From Styela clava (lineage: Eukaryota), in contig NC_135254.1 in assembly GCF_964204865.1 (NCBI RefSeq), forward strand, positions 23,684,001 through 23,748,000: 64,000 nucleotides of DNA, written 5' to 3'. Under the pieces are notes generated by a model, which saw only the letters and a list, made by a program, of their open reading frames with translations, did not search any database and was not told the DNA's origin. The position numbers and the translations under genes are program-made. Each line of letters opens with the position of its first letter. Within the stretch, counting starts at the first letter, position 1. Positions 13,101 to 28,100 of the stretch are shown one piece after another.

Positions 13101-16100
13101 AGACTAAATTCATTAAATCATTAACAGGCCAGTTTTGCTATTTTGAGGGACTTGTTCAGAATTATCAAGGGCCTGGTAATATTTATATTGGTGTCTTGCG
13201 TGCAACAACTACTTTGACTAGTGCTCAGTCTGCAAATGCATGGATGGAAAGGCAACAAATATTATGGCAAGCACAGGAAAAAAAAGAGAAGCAGGTTTGG
13301 ATTATCACATTTTAAATTCAACATTAATATTTTTTTTTGGAGTTCTTATTTGTCATTTACCATATATTGCTATCTGCATGGATCTGTTTTTCTCTATTTA
13401 TCCTGTTGCTCCCGATTATCTTTAGCCAAAATATACCTAATTTGTGAATATTTATGATATTGTGATTTGTTTTATATCCATGTCTCACTTTGAAATTTCA
13501 AAAACAAATTTTTAATCTCTGAAAGCTGCAATGGCTTAAAAAGAAGCCATTGACTGATGGATTTCTGTAACTGTTCAGCAGACTCAAGCAAATGATTGGC
13601 ATTTGGTGCATCATGCTAAGCACCAGAAATAATTAGATTATCGTACATAGTTCATGGTTTCCAACATTATGAATGATAAATATGTGTGAGATGATTGTTT
13701 AGCTCCTTGTTACAGATGGCTTTATCACATATTTCCATGATCTATCCACAACTCCTTGTGCTGAATGTAATGTAATAATTCAAAATAAATGCAGTATTTA
13801 TTCTTATAATATTCAGTGTGAAATCAATAAAATTTGAATAATATAGTGTGTCTCAAAAGTGAGTATACACTTTTGATTTTGATCTGCTTTTCAGGTACTC
13901 ATCATAGAGCTTTCATTTCTTAAGAAAACATACTATTATTATGGATAAGTAATAAAATTTAGGTATTGTTTGCATCTTTCATCAACCCACAAAATGACAA
14001 GGAGATTAACCAAGAAATGAGGTGCAAAATTGTTGCTAGGCAAAAAGCATATACCGGTAAATCAGTAAGAAAACCGAGCGCCACTTTAACAGAGATTGAT
14101 ATTGATTCAGTAACTACAAGACAACCAGTTTGTGCAATTCATCTTAAATTTATGGAAACTAGATCTGTAGTTGATGCACAAAAAGTAACTTTGCAGCTCA
14201 CAGCAATTTTGCACCTCATTTCTTGGGTTTATCTCCTTGTCATTCTGTGAGTTGATGAATAATGCAAACAATACCTAAATTTTACTATGCATCCATACTA
14301 TGTATTCTGAAGAAATGAACTCTCTATGATGAGTACCTGAAAAAAAAAATCAAAATTAAAAGTGTATACTTACTTTTGAGACACCCTGTATATTATATAT
14401 GAATCGTAAGTTTGATGCTAATCAATTTTGGCATACTAAGGATCATTTATCGTCATTGGCACATTTTACTGTTACTTTCAGGTTATTTCATTAATAAACT
14501 GGAATCCTGAAACACCATTGTCTGAAGTTCAAACTGTTGAAGTTTCAAGTAATTGTTATCAGACAGATTTTCCAGATGTAATTTGTGCAAGTGAATTCTA
14601 TGTGCTCTCATACCGCGGACGCCACACTAATGTGCTTTCTGTAAATGTAAGTCATTTACTACCAGTAAAGGTTTTTTTACCCTGTGGCAAGTTTCCTGTT
14701 ATGTTGTTATATGAATTTTCTTCTAGCAATTCCTTATAGTAACTTAAAGCAAATTTTATGAAATGGCAATGCTGACCCTCTTAACTACAGACCTTTATAA
14801 TGATTTTTCAGAATGTTCGATATTTTTCCACTGCTCTTGACTTTTGGTCATTTTTATTTCATAAATGCTGATGTGGACTGTGCAAAATCTAATTATTTCA
14901 AACAAATCATGAAATTTATTATATTAGGCTCTTGATTTTGATGTTCAAGAAGCTTTAAATAAAATTATGCCAACTGATGATGTTGAAGTATCAGTAACAT
15001 CCACACCAATGTTAGATGTAAATGGGAATGAAATTGGAACATCATACGAAGTTACATTCAGTGGATACATGGGTATGTCGATATATAATTCAGTGTGAAT
15101 TTTTCAAGATTTTGAAGGTTTTTCAGTTATTATTATTGTACCTATTTATTTGCCTAAAACATCTTAATAGTAATAGTAAATGTATATTTGGTGCATTCAT
15201 TGCAAATTGACTTTTATTGATGAAGTATTTTTCTTTTTCTCGTTATCATGTGCACTTAATGCCCCTCAGTTATTTATTAGAATTTTTGGTTTTCAACATA
15301 AATCATAGCATTGCGAATATATCCATAAAAAACATCATGTCAATCTCTTTATTCTGGCTCAATTTTTCCGTTATGTTCAGGAGATGAACCTGCACTAGTT
15401 GTAGAACATGCCAGCGCCAATGTTACAGTTGAGGTTTCCGAAGACACAAAGGGTTCTCCAAATTTTTTGAAGTTTTCACTTAATTTCCTGGGAAGGTGAA
15501 CAATGAATTTAATAATAGCAATTCTTTGGTTTGTGATATAGCCTATTTTTTTTTCTGTTTATGAAAGCGGTAATTGGCTATTTTAATGAATATCAAAATA
15601 TGGCAGTGGGTGTATTGGTTGAAAAGTGGCAACTTAATGAGATAAAAATATCCAGAATAATTGCAAAATGAAATTTGTAACCTTATATATTTAGGCTAGG
15701 TGATCAAATATTCAGTTTATATTACAATCAAATTTTCAAAGCTTTCCTATGAGTCATTTACTGTCAACTATTATAATTTTTATTGTTTAATGATGCTACA
15801 ATATAATTGAAAATTGAAAATCCTAATTTGTAGGATCACTGATGCGATTCGAGTTGATGCAACTGCTGAAGATGTTCAGGAGGCATTAGGGAAAGCAAGA
15901 GAAGCAAAATGTGTTGATGAACTTATGAAACTTAGCTCGTTGTTTATCAGAGAGTTTTTACATTTTGAAGGAAATAAACCTTCTGATTACTCCGAATCTG
16001 GTGAAAGGACAAAGGTACATACAAATTCATTCTTTACAGCTTTGAAGCAGGCAAGATCATTAGCAGTCTTAAAAAGATATAGATTTTTTCATAGTCATAG

Positions 16101-19100
16101 ATTTAGTACAGATTGACGTATAACTCAATATGACATGGTCACTGAGAGTATCACTAATCCATGATAAAAATGCTGGTCAAGACATTCGAAACTGAAAAAA
16201 GGTCTCCAAATAATACCTAAAATGTAATAAACAGGAAAGAAATTAATTTAAAAATAATATATTTCGAGTACTGAATTGATTGATCAACATTTCTAAAAAA
16301 CTTTAAAGTTATTGAAGATATATGATTCAATTTTTAGTGTTATACATGCATATTGCATGCATTGTTTGGCCGTTTCGGTGGTTTAGATCAGGTTACATGT
16401 TTTCGAATTCATTTGAATTTGTCGACCCATCAAATTTTTTATACAAATATTGTATTTCTATACCAATGCTCCATTATTTTTACAAGTTTTAATTAATATC
16501 AATAATTTATTTCATGAGAATGTTTAAGTTCAGAAACTTTTTGTTAAAATAAATTCAGAATATGGATGCTTTTTGTGGAAGCTCCTCTCTCCTCAACCCA
16601 CATGATGTTTTTGACTCTGGTCGTGATCATTTTTCAAAGTACAGTGTGGAAGAGTTTCCTTATGTGAGTTTTTTAAATATAAAATGGTTTTATCATCTTA
16701 TTGGAATATTGAAGATTAAGTGATAAAGTTTTATCTTGATCACAGTTATTCACTAGGAAAAGTGTAACAGAATTGTGTCCAAGCTGGCTCCCATTTTACA
16801 TAATATTCCTATCATGTCATGATTGGAGTTGAAGTCACTAAGTATCTTCTTTTTACCACTTTGGAATTTGGTTGCATTGACAATTAAATGGATGGATTTC
16901 ATATACATTGGTAAACTTAAGATGGATATGTTATGAACTTCTCCTATTGCTCAATTTCTGTCTCAAGTTAGATTGACATTCGAAACTCATGTTAAAATAC
17001 TTCATTATTTTGACAAATATGTATAAAATTTTATTTGTTTTTTGGCTACTGGATTGAATTTGTTTTATTATTCTGTTGATAGAATCTATGTGAGTAGGGT
17101 TTACTCTTTTCTTTTTTTTTTCAAAAACTCACATCTTTGTAAATAGTATAAAACATTGGGAACCTTTTATCAACTGCTACAATACCATAGGTTGAATCAC
17201 AATGACATTTAATTCATAAAACTATAAAACTGTATATGTTTTCTGATCAGTAAAATCTTTATTTATTCTACTGGAGTCTAATAGTGTCATGAAAAATTCA
17301 AAGGATATTCTTATTAAACGGTATACTAATAATGATTTTGATTAAATGAATACAGAGCTTTTAATACTGACAGAAATACTCACGGATAAAGTATTCAGAT
17401 TGGGACAGTTGATCTCAAAAACATATATTATACAAGATATGATCACACATGCATCCGCGCTTTTAAAAAATACAAAAAAGGATATTTGAAAAATTTGAGA
17501 TTTATTCTAAGATTCTATATTTATTTTTTGTTTTCAACAGTTTTGCTTTGCACACAAAGGTTTGTTTCTGAACAAACTTTCAATAAAATTTGAATATGTT
17601 CGACCATCAGATGGAAGAGTTTTAACGCCGGAAGTGAAATTCTTCGAAAATGAAATTGTAATGACAGAAAATGCTTGGAGTTATAGTTGTTTCAACATTG
17701 AAGAGGTACATTTTAGGGATTGTATAAGATATATTTTTCATATGTAATTTGAATGAATTTTACGTGTTTCTTTACGATAGATGCCACACAAATGTTCTTT
17801 CTGTGAATGTAAGCATTTGATCTCATCATTATTTGTAGGTGGCAAAGAGTTATATTTTTTAATGGAGCATTGAATAATAAAAAAAATTGTTTGATGCCTG
17901 CTCACAGTATTTTTAATACAAGATAAATAGCAGGTATATTTGTAGTGCATCATTTTCATAATATTCATTGCTAAATAATTGATATGGCTATATTTGAACA
18001 TTCAAGGCTATCAAAGAACATGATGATTACATGGATGCTCAAAACATCAAGATACTTCGTTTGGCTGGTTTTCAAACTATCTCTAATCAACAAAATTTTT
18101 ATATTGACGAAGTGTTGATAACAAGAACTATACCGGATGATCTAGAAGGTTGTGTGAGCTAGTAATTGATTAACTGATAAAAACTGAAATATAAAAAGGT
18201 TGATAAAAAATTTAATATATTTAATGTGAGGCTTGTTTGAACCAACTAATTTTTGTAGATTGTCATTTGTTTGGTTTTTCTATTGATATTGATATATAAA
18301 ATTTGGTATCGATGCAAAATCAGACATTTCAAGATTTACAACTTTGTCATAAAAGATTCAGCATAATTTTTTTTCTAAAGAATATGATGTTCTGGATAAG
18401 TGACTAAAGATATCCTTTTTCGATAACTGAAAAAAAAGCACTAATTTATTTATATCAAATTTGACAACAGATATTGTCATCAGAAGGCAACCACCAGCAA
18501 TGTATCAAGGTGAAGTGATTTCTTCAATCGAAGTTGAGAAGTTGGAATCAAACCATACAGAGTTTGAGATTACTTTCTCTCCATATAATTGTGCCCATGA
18601 TCTTCCATTATTATCGGTTAGTGATTTTATTTTTAACTTCAGTGAATGTACTTTTAAAAAAGGGAAAACATTATTCTTAATATCTTAGATTGTTTTTACT
18701 CATTTCAAAATATATTATAATGACATTATTCTCCTAGTCCAGTTGGAACTATACCCCAATTTGGATTTTATATGCTATCTCTGTTTGTTGTCAAATTATG
18801 TAGATCTGCTATTGTGATGTTATGAAATGAGTTTAGTAACACCACTTCATAACCACCACCTTTTTTTACACACAATAAATGGAATACCATATTCAACAGC
18901 ATGTAGCTATGAGTGATTCTGTTTTTCTATCAGAATGGCTAAGTAAGTGTGCCTGCCGTCAATATAACTTGGAATAAAATAATAGTGGAAATGAAATAAC
19001 GACATATATATTGGTACAAATATTATATTCTACTCGGGTAACCTCCTATTATGAATCATAAAGTCTTTGCAAAATTTTAACAAAAAAGGATTTATTCAGG

Positions 19101-22100
19101 TCGTTAATGCACCGATGATGTTGGAACAATCTGTGGATGCTTCTCAGTACAACGGTATTGGCTGGCCTGTGGGAACTGTTGTCAATGTAACAAGAACTCA
19201 GAAGACTAATATTCCTGTTGGAGGAACATTTGATATATCATATGATGATGATGAACTTGGCCTTCTATCTTATTCTGGTAATAATTGTTGAATTCAGACA
19301 GAACTGTTAATAAAAGTTTCATGTAGTTCCTGGACTATGGTTATGGTTTTCTCATTTTATAACTTTTGGATTATTTTGTATTCGAAAAACAAACACTTCA
19401 TTCTGTGTATCTGCATGTGTCTCTGTTAATAAGTAGTAGTTGCGGAAAAAGCCTGAATAAATAGCAATATATTACATTTTATGTAATTTAAATTAAGTCT
19501 TATACATAAACTAATATTTTAGGTATTCCTGGATCAATTGCTCTTAAGGAGTTGGAGGCAATATTAGAATCAATGGGATTGGGTGACATGAAAGTTTGGG
19601 GACATCAAGATTATTGCTATTCAAGAAGAATACTTGTTGAATGGGTGGCAAATGGTGGAGACAAGAAAATGTTTGATGTGAGATCTGAATTTTATTATGC
19701 AACAAAGTACTACTATTGGCTCAGTGGTGTGGCAAAACAGTCATGTTTATTTTGCTATAAAATTTTAGCAGCATATGCATACAGATACACCAGTGCAGAA
19801 TAACATAAGAAAAATATGCACTGAGTTGATATGATGTTATAAAACAGAGAGAAAACAATGGAAAAATATGCTAAAATAAAATCACAAATAGGATTTTTAT
19901 ACATTGTTGCAAATACCCAGTTTGTTGCATGTAAAGATTAATCATTATGATGTTTTGCTACTTTAGTAATGTTTGCATGCAAAAACGATATACATTCAAA
20001 ATAAGAACGATGTATATTATTTAGTTGAAAACTAGCATTTAATAATTTCTTTTTATTCAGATTGATGACACAAATATACAAGGGGAGGAAGACTTACAAT
20101 TTCATCATTACTTCCGGAATGGTGGGGCTTTGCATGCACCATTTGGAGGGGATATGACCAGACGTATGTATAGTGAATCTCAGGTATGTTGTAAAATTTG
20201 AGTTTGGAGTTGGAAAGTGAACGTGTGCTAATTTGAATTTACTTAACTAATGTGTGACAAAGCTCCTATTTTGTTTGTTAGTACTGGAAAATTTATTTTT
20301 ATATTTTGAATAATTTATTTGTGGATAAGTTACATACCAGACGAACGTTCTTCAATGCTTATAAAGTAGAAATGATTATGGATATTGTAATCTCGGTAGT
20401 AATATTTTTTAAAAATATAGTAAATGATGAATAAAAGAGTTGTGATTTTCTATTAATGGTGATAGTGCCAAATCCAGAGCAGTGTTCATAAAAAGCACAG
20501 TAATCTGTTTTCATATTAATATTCAATGTCTTAATTAAGGTTGAAGTATTGATGAATGGGATTCACTCTCGTTGTGATGGAGATTGCTCTTTCTCATATT
20601 CAAATGCTTTAACTCCAGTGTTGACTTCAAGCTCACCTTCCTCCGGTGAGATGATTTAATTGTTTTTATTCATATTGTAAAAATTAAGCTACAAATATCT
20701 AAAATTTATATTCATGAAGCTTAGAAAATTAGGGAATACATCTGAGACTCATTGAATGTGGGTGTCCCTTGACCATCGTGAACCATCCTGCACTTTGTTT
20801 TTGTTGCAAATGTTAGGTTCAATATATGCTTACCATACTTCCAGGTTTAGCCGGGATAGCCCAGATTTTAACAAGATGTCCCGCCGTCCCGCTCGGTAGA
20901 ATTAACTGTACTGGTCATGCAGTATTGCAGTCATGAATTTTTTTCAATTCAATATCAATGCCAAATTGTTTTTTTAGTAATGGACCCCGTCCATTACACT
21001 GATTTGTAAGTCCCTTCACTAGTTAAATGAGGGAGTGAACTACTATATTGTTATGTCATAATTATTACATGTTTAATGGGTTTATTTAACATCTATCGTT
21101 AGCTGTACTGCAGTTGAATTATTCAAAAAATAAAATTATTGAAAATCCACAGAAGAAAGTGCATGTTTCACAATAGTTTTAATATTATTAATATTCATAT
21201 AATTTGAATATTACATCGCCTTGGAATTGAACCAGAATTTGTCCATTCTGCACTGTCCGAGTTTTTTGTTTCATGTATATGGTAAGCCTACATTTAACGG
21301 AAACAGGTAATTTATCAACAATGGCAGCACAACTTACAAAAGTTTGTGGAATTTCTTGAGCAAATCGGCTGGATTAAATTTGTGTGTCGATGTTATATTT
21401 CCACAAATTTCACACATGTTTGTATTGTTACATACCATAGTTGCTTACTCAATAAGCATAATGTGCCGAAGTATAGAGTTCCTTGTTGAACTTGGCATTT
21501 CAGCTTTCAAAATTTTTTATTCCAGGAAGTAATCCTACTCCAATTACAATTGTTGGAACCAACTTAGATGAGAGTAGTAGTGGATCAGAAGTTCTCATAA
21601 ATGGAGTGGAATGCACAATTACTTCACATGTAAATTATTTATGTCAATGTTGTTATTGATAGAGTTTTGATGTCAAGGACATTTATTGTTAACTTTATAA
21701 ATCATCATTACATCAGTGTTTTCAGTGATTTTTAATTTACAATTGACCTTTGAATTGTCTTTGTTTGGGAATTTTTCCATAGAGTATTTTCTCATTAATC
21801 TGCTATAAAATATATTTCATTTTGAATTACAGACTTCCACAGAAATCATTTGTACTACAGGCAGCATGGAATATGGAGATCATGATATTATTGTTCGTGT
21901 TGGTGGTAAAGGGTATGGAACACAACCCGACCCTGCTCTTTCTTACACTCAATTATACTCTGTATCATCCATTTCACCTTCTAGTTCATTCACCCCAGGT
22001 ATTATTGTTTTAATGTACAAAGAAGAAATGATGAGTTATCGAGCATTGATCCTGTGGCTGAATGACTCAAGCTCGCACCACAGTTATCTAATGCGTTGAA

Positions 22101-25100
22101 GATTATTCTGGATTTAATCACTGTTGTAGAATATATGTTGCCCCTGCCAGTGATACAAGAATGCACTTTCTCATTGGTTACCAATCTTGAATGTACCAAA
22201 AATGTACTGCTCTGATTAAACGTAGAGTTATGATTCTCAAAACCAATGTGTAATACACCAGACAGAACTGAACATCTGTATCTGACAATTTGATTGTTTC
22301 AGGAGGGATATTTTTGACACTTACTGGTGTTGGTCTGAGTTCTTCACTTTCTGTTGAAATCAATTTTGTGGATTGCCCTGTTGTGTCAGCATCACCTACA
22401 ACTATTCAGTGCGTTGTTCCACCCTCTTCTACTGAAGCATCATACTCTGTTGAGCTAATTACTAACTCTGGAACGAGAACAACAGTTGGTACTTTTGAGT
22501 ATTCAAATGCTGGAATGCCAGTTGTCACATCTATTTCTGGAGAAAACATTATGGGGCCGGGTAAGTTGATTACATACTAGAAATATAACAAAATTGACTC
22601 AATGCAAGATTAACAAGATGTTTCAAGCTAGTGAAGATAGCTACAAATTATTTTGAAAAACCAATTATTTGCCTGAAACAATGTTGTAGGAATATGCAAC
22701 AACACTTAAAAAATGTAGCAAGTTGTTTGATAAAATTTATAGATCATCATTGTGACTGAGACAACAATATTAAATATAAATAACTAAGATTGGGACAGTG
22801 CCAGAACAATAGGGAAGCTAAATTTGGATTAAAATCAATAATTAAAGGACTTTTCAACACTGTAAAAAAGTTTTTTAAACTTACAGGAGGAACATCTGTG
22901 ATATTGAGTGGTTCTAACTTCGGAACTGTGATCGATGATATTTTAGTTACCATAGGAGGACAAACTTGTGAAATTCTTAACTTATCTGATACATCAATTG
23001 AATGCACTTCACCATATCTTTCCAGTGGAACGTATTCATTGGAAGTTCTGCTAACTGGTCTTGGAGCTGCTGATCTTGGGTATGATAATGGATATAATAA
23101 GCTCAAGAACTTACACTAACAAATAATAAATTGTTTCGTATAAACTGTATATTATTTAGTATAAACTGTATTTCTCAGATATAAATATGCATGTTATGTC
23201 TAATAATCGTGAACAATGTTAAATTGCCATGCTAAATTTTCACCCTCTCAGTAAATACTAACCAAAATAGTAGACATATTCAGATTTCCAAAGAAAGTCT
23301 GGATTGTATCCTCAGACATCGTGTGTTTTAGTAATACTGAGTCATTTTTGCAGAACAAACAGTATTCCTGATATTGTATATACTTTTATTGTAACTGATA
23401 TCCAACCAAGAATGACTTCATTATTTGGCGGGCAGACCTTGGAACTAACAGGAAATGGTATGTAATGTTTTGACTGGCCACTATGACCTAATTACTTTTT
23501 TTTATTCCAGCATATTTATGAATATTTCAATTGAATAGAAAAAAATTGCAAATTTTTTTTTTATAAAAGAATTGGTTTTATCACATTGTACGCTGAGTTA
23601 TTTTACATGAATTCTTCAATCAATTATTGGCCTTTTTTGGTAATTTTGAACATGTTAAGTAAGTTTTTATTCAGTAATAAAATAACTTATTTATATATAA
23701 CATTTACAAAAAAGTTTAAATTTCAAGAGCAATTATGATAACAATATTACATCGAAAGTTTTTGAGAGTAAATGTATCTGTTACATAATGAAGTTTTTCG
23801 TGGTATTGAGCTTTATATTATATACAATACGTTTTTGTATCATTATAAAAATATGCAGAATCTATTTAAAATTGACAATTCTTCCCTAGGATTTTTGGAA
23901 GACACAACTGTTTCATTGGGTTATGTTGATTGTGAAGTTACAAACATTATGTCAACCTCACTTTCGTGCACATTGGGTTCAACTGCACAAATTCATTACA
24001 TTTATAATGAAGGAAGCCATGCTGGTAAATTTCAGAAGTTATATCTAATTTTTCATTTATACTTGAGTTATAAACAAATAGGTTTGTGTGTGATTTGGTA
24101 TATGCCAATCCCATGATTACTAAATTTAAGCTTGACGTATTCACCACATAAATATCAGAATTTGCCAAAGCAATACTAGATGAAAGTCTCAAAGTGATAC
24201 TAAATTATGCTAATACACCATTTACAAAATTATTAGAATAGGTTCATTCTTAGAGCGTGACTTTCTTTTTTCTTCAGCAGAAAATGAAAAAGTCTACTTG
24301 AGTATGCAAGTGTTTATTTATATTAGATGGGCATGCCATGTAGAGACCTAATTTGAACTTTACCAATCCAAACAGTCATGATATATATTAGGTGTTACTC
24401 ATTTTCCTTTTTGAAGTCACAATATTAACCTTTTCTTATATCATAAATTTTTATGGGTGATGACAAAGTTATACGTAGATGCAGATAAATAAGTTTATTT
24501 CAACTAAAAGGGTTGAACCTTTAAACTTGACTAGCGATTTATGCGAATTTGATTAGCATAAATAGGTTTTATGAATACAAACTTGATACTTATATGCTAT
24601 TTACAAGTATATTACAATTTAAATTGCTCAAGGTAAATAAGTGTATTTAGTTGAAGAAGAGAAACGATGTGTATTTCAAATTCTTTTACAGATTTTGGTT
24701 TTGGTTATGCTTGGCTTCCTGATGTGATGACAATTGTACAAGGAGATACAGTCGTCTGGGACTGGTACTTTCCAGAGTGGATTGATGACATTGATGGCAT
24801 CGAAATATTCGAAACATCTGTACCAGATGGTCTAACACACAACGGTGGATTTTTATCAGGATATGATAGGACTTTAACAGGTATATTGGTATAGTGCTCA
24901 TATAATTTTTCTTAGATTAACCTTTGGGGCGCTCCAAAATGCCGACTGCTCATTATTAATTTAAATAAATATGAACCATTTTGATATTACAATTTCAATA
25001 GAAAAAATATAATTCGGAATCAATTGGACGTTGGGTATGGCGTTTGATATTGGCGTCATAGTCTGTTCATACATCTATTTAATATTGTAATTTTGACAAC

Positions 25101-28100
25101 AGCTCTGACTATCAAATTGGCAGTCAGTGTTCTGATCAACTGCAATGTATAATAAGACAAAATCTTAGATTATAATAATAAAAACAATGGATTTAACTTT
25201 AGGCCGTACAGTTATTTTTGGCTTTTACAGTCTATTTCTTCTAAAAATAATGCACATATATAAATATAGAACAAAATTCGGACTTCCAGAAGTATGCGCA
25301 CCAAGATGGCGCACAACCTGAACATAGTATGTGTGTACCGGTTAGGATTCAGGCTGTGCGACATCTTGGTGCGCATACCTCTGGAGCCCCCAAAATTCTG
25401 ATTTAATATGTGAATGTGATACATACAGTGGCATGCTATGATTATTCCTGGCTATATATGTGAGTTAGTCTATATTTATGTTTTTATCTGATACAAAGAA
25501 AAAAACTACAATCTTGTTGGTTAATAATAAGATTTCATTAAAGCATTTACAATCTTTTGAATACAAGAATTGTTATGAAACTTCCATAATTTGATAATTC
25601 ATGAGTCAATAAATAATCTATATACGGTAGCTTAATTTCAATTTCCTTAAAGCATGTGTTACAGTAATTCATTTTTATTGCTGGATATGAAATGAACTCT
25701 ATATTCAATACAGAGTAATAAACCTTTCAGACATAGTTTATTTTTGCATTCTAGTTCTATGCAGTATCAATTTTTTTCATAATTTTGCTTCTATATTATT
25801 TTAGGAACATTCTCCCATACCTTTACCTCGGTTGGAACCTTCTATTATTCAAGTGGATATGTTGATGATGAAGACTATGGTTCAATCCTTATGTCTGGAA
25901 CTATAAATGTTGTGGCACTAAGTGATATTTCTCTAGGGTCTGTATATTATTCAGTTTTTATCATGCTTTATTTACAAATTTATTTTCCATGACTGATTGT
26001 ATTGACATCCAATTGTGCCTCTTTAGAAAGGAGTTATAAAAATTTTATAAATATGATTCCTCTTACAGCCTTCTTTATTAAAATGATTATTAAAAATTAG
26101 TATTCTGTTTACTATCAGATGTTTAGTTGATTAGCGTAGCACAAAATCATAAATGCCACAAAGTCACAATGCTTCCGTTCCGAACAAGTATGCAAAGTTG
26201 CAAACATTTCATAAAGTAAATTCTTCAATCTGAATCCAGTCTGTATAATCAGTTTATGTTAATGAATACTTATAGCACACTTGCATAAACACAGCTTAGG
26301 TCTTGTTTTGGAAACAATCCTGGTATGAATTTACAACTTTGTGAAATTGTTTTTCTTCTCTTTTAAAGGATATTTTTAAGCATTTATTTCAATGAATCAA
26401 ATATGTACTTTTCAAGAAGCTGGTATAAGAAAATGAACAAGATGTAGACTATTATCTACTAACCTTTTTAAATTCCGAATTATCATTTTTATTTTCAAAG
26501 TCATTCATATTTTTAGATTGGAAGTTCAAAATAATGGAATTCCTGCAGAAATCAATTTAGTCACCAATGGTAATATTAAACTTATTATAGCTTTGTTGTA
26601 CATTCTTAACTTGTTCATAAGTAAAGTAATCATTTTATTAGTCTTGTAGGCCATCAATTGGTACATAACCTTATGACAGTGTTTCCCTTTCCCAACCTTT
26701 TTTAGTCGCGAACTATTTCCTCACCAGGAAAAATCTTTGCGGACTCAACATGCGTTAATTGTAAAACAGGACTCGAGGGTGCTCTATCATTGAGACATTG
26801 AGAACTGCTCGCTCTGACAAACTCGAAAAATATTACGTGATCGCTGGCGACGATTCACTGAGAAAAATTATAGGATGGAATTTGCAGCTAAAATTTCCAA
26901 ATAAATTCATTCTAATTATTATCTCTCAAATGGACTTTGATTGTCCTCATCGCCTTCATAAAATTAATAAATTAACAATATCTTTATGACTGGCTCCTGG
27001 ATTCGCTGTCCTTTTTCTGTTTGTATCTTTCTATTGTCTCTATAATATTTTTTTCCTCAAAACAAAATCTCTGAAATGCTGTTACTGCGTATCCGTCGAA
27101 ATCTGATAGAGTTCACTTAATGGTATTTCATATTCAAATTAATATATCCTCTCGGAAAATTTTGAAATGTTACATTTTTATTATTTGTGATTCGAATTTT
27201 ATCAAATGGCCCACTAAAAAGATGCGAAAGTCATGTGACATTGGCGCACAATAAGATCATTTAAAATTGGAGCAATGGAAAACAAACAGGAAACAAATAG
27301 ATAGAAAAAATATACCCCTCAATTTTAACGAAAGCGAAGGTACGTGTATACTCGTATTTTTGTCAGAAATCCGCAAGTGCGGTGTGCAATCCAATCGTTT
27401 AATTCAGCGAGGCGCGATTGACGTGCCGTGTCCAAGCCACATGTTATTAGGTATTCGAATAGTTTACTGTTCAAATATTTTTCCCAGCCTTACTCAGTAA
27501 CAGGTAATTATTGACTCGGTTAATTTTATTTGAATATACTTGCTTTTTATGTTTTAATTAAATACTTAAAACTTGACTTGACTGGTTTGGTAAAATCGCT
27601 TGCGCCCCGCAATGAATTTCGCGACACTAGAAAAGTTAGTGACCTACATGAAATATACTACTACATAACGTTCTAAAATGGTATTATTGCTCCCTGGACT
27701 ATTGCTCCGCGGACTCATTTGAGAATGCGGACTTTGGTTGGAAAACACTGCCTTATGAATAACATAGTCCTATTTTAATACAGATGGAATAACTAAAAGA
27801 GGAGCTCCTTGTGTGCCACTCAATGCTGGAATAGATGGATGCGCTCCAAGTGAGTTTGGCCGATTTTATGAAATCTTACTTACTTTTGTTTATATGTATC
27901 ATTATGATGAAAGTGGTCTTGAATATTACCAGTCATTGAAACAGGGTTGTTTTTTCTTGTGTGAATAGGTCATGAAAGGGCATTTCTAATTTTAAAAAAT
28001 TTATTTTTGTTTCTGTAATTGTATTATAACTAACATACGATATATATTATTTAAATACATTGATATTAGCCCAGTAAAAATTGTTGCATTTTTGTCTTAT

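Noticed and set aside
23890-25937. Cupredoxin-like segment as a third novel insertion
   Set aside because: I recall the YYSSGYVD segment in vertebrate PKHD1L1, so it appears ancestral. It also lacks the copper-binding Cys.
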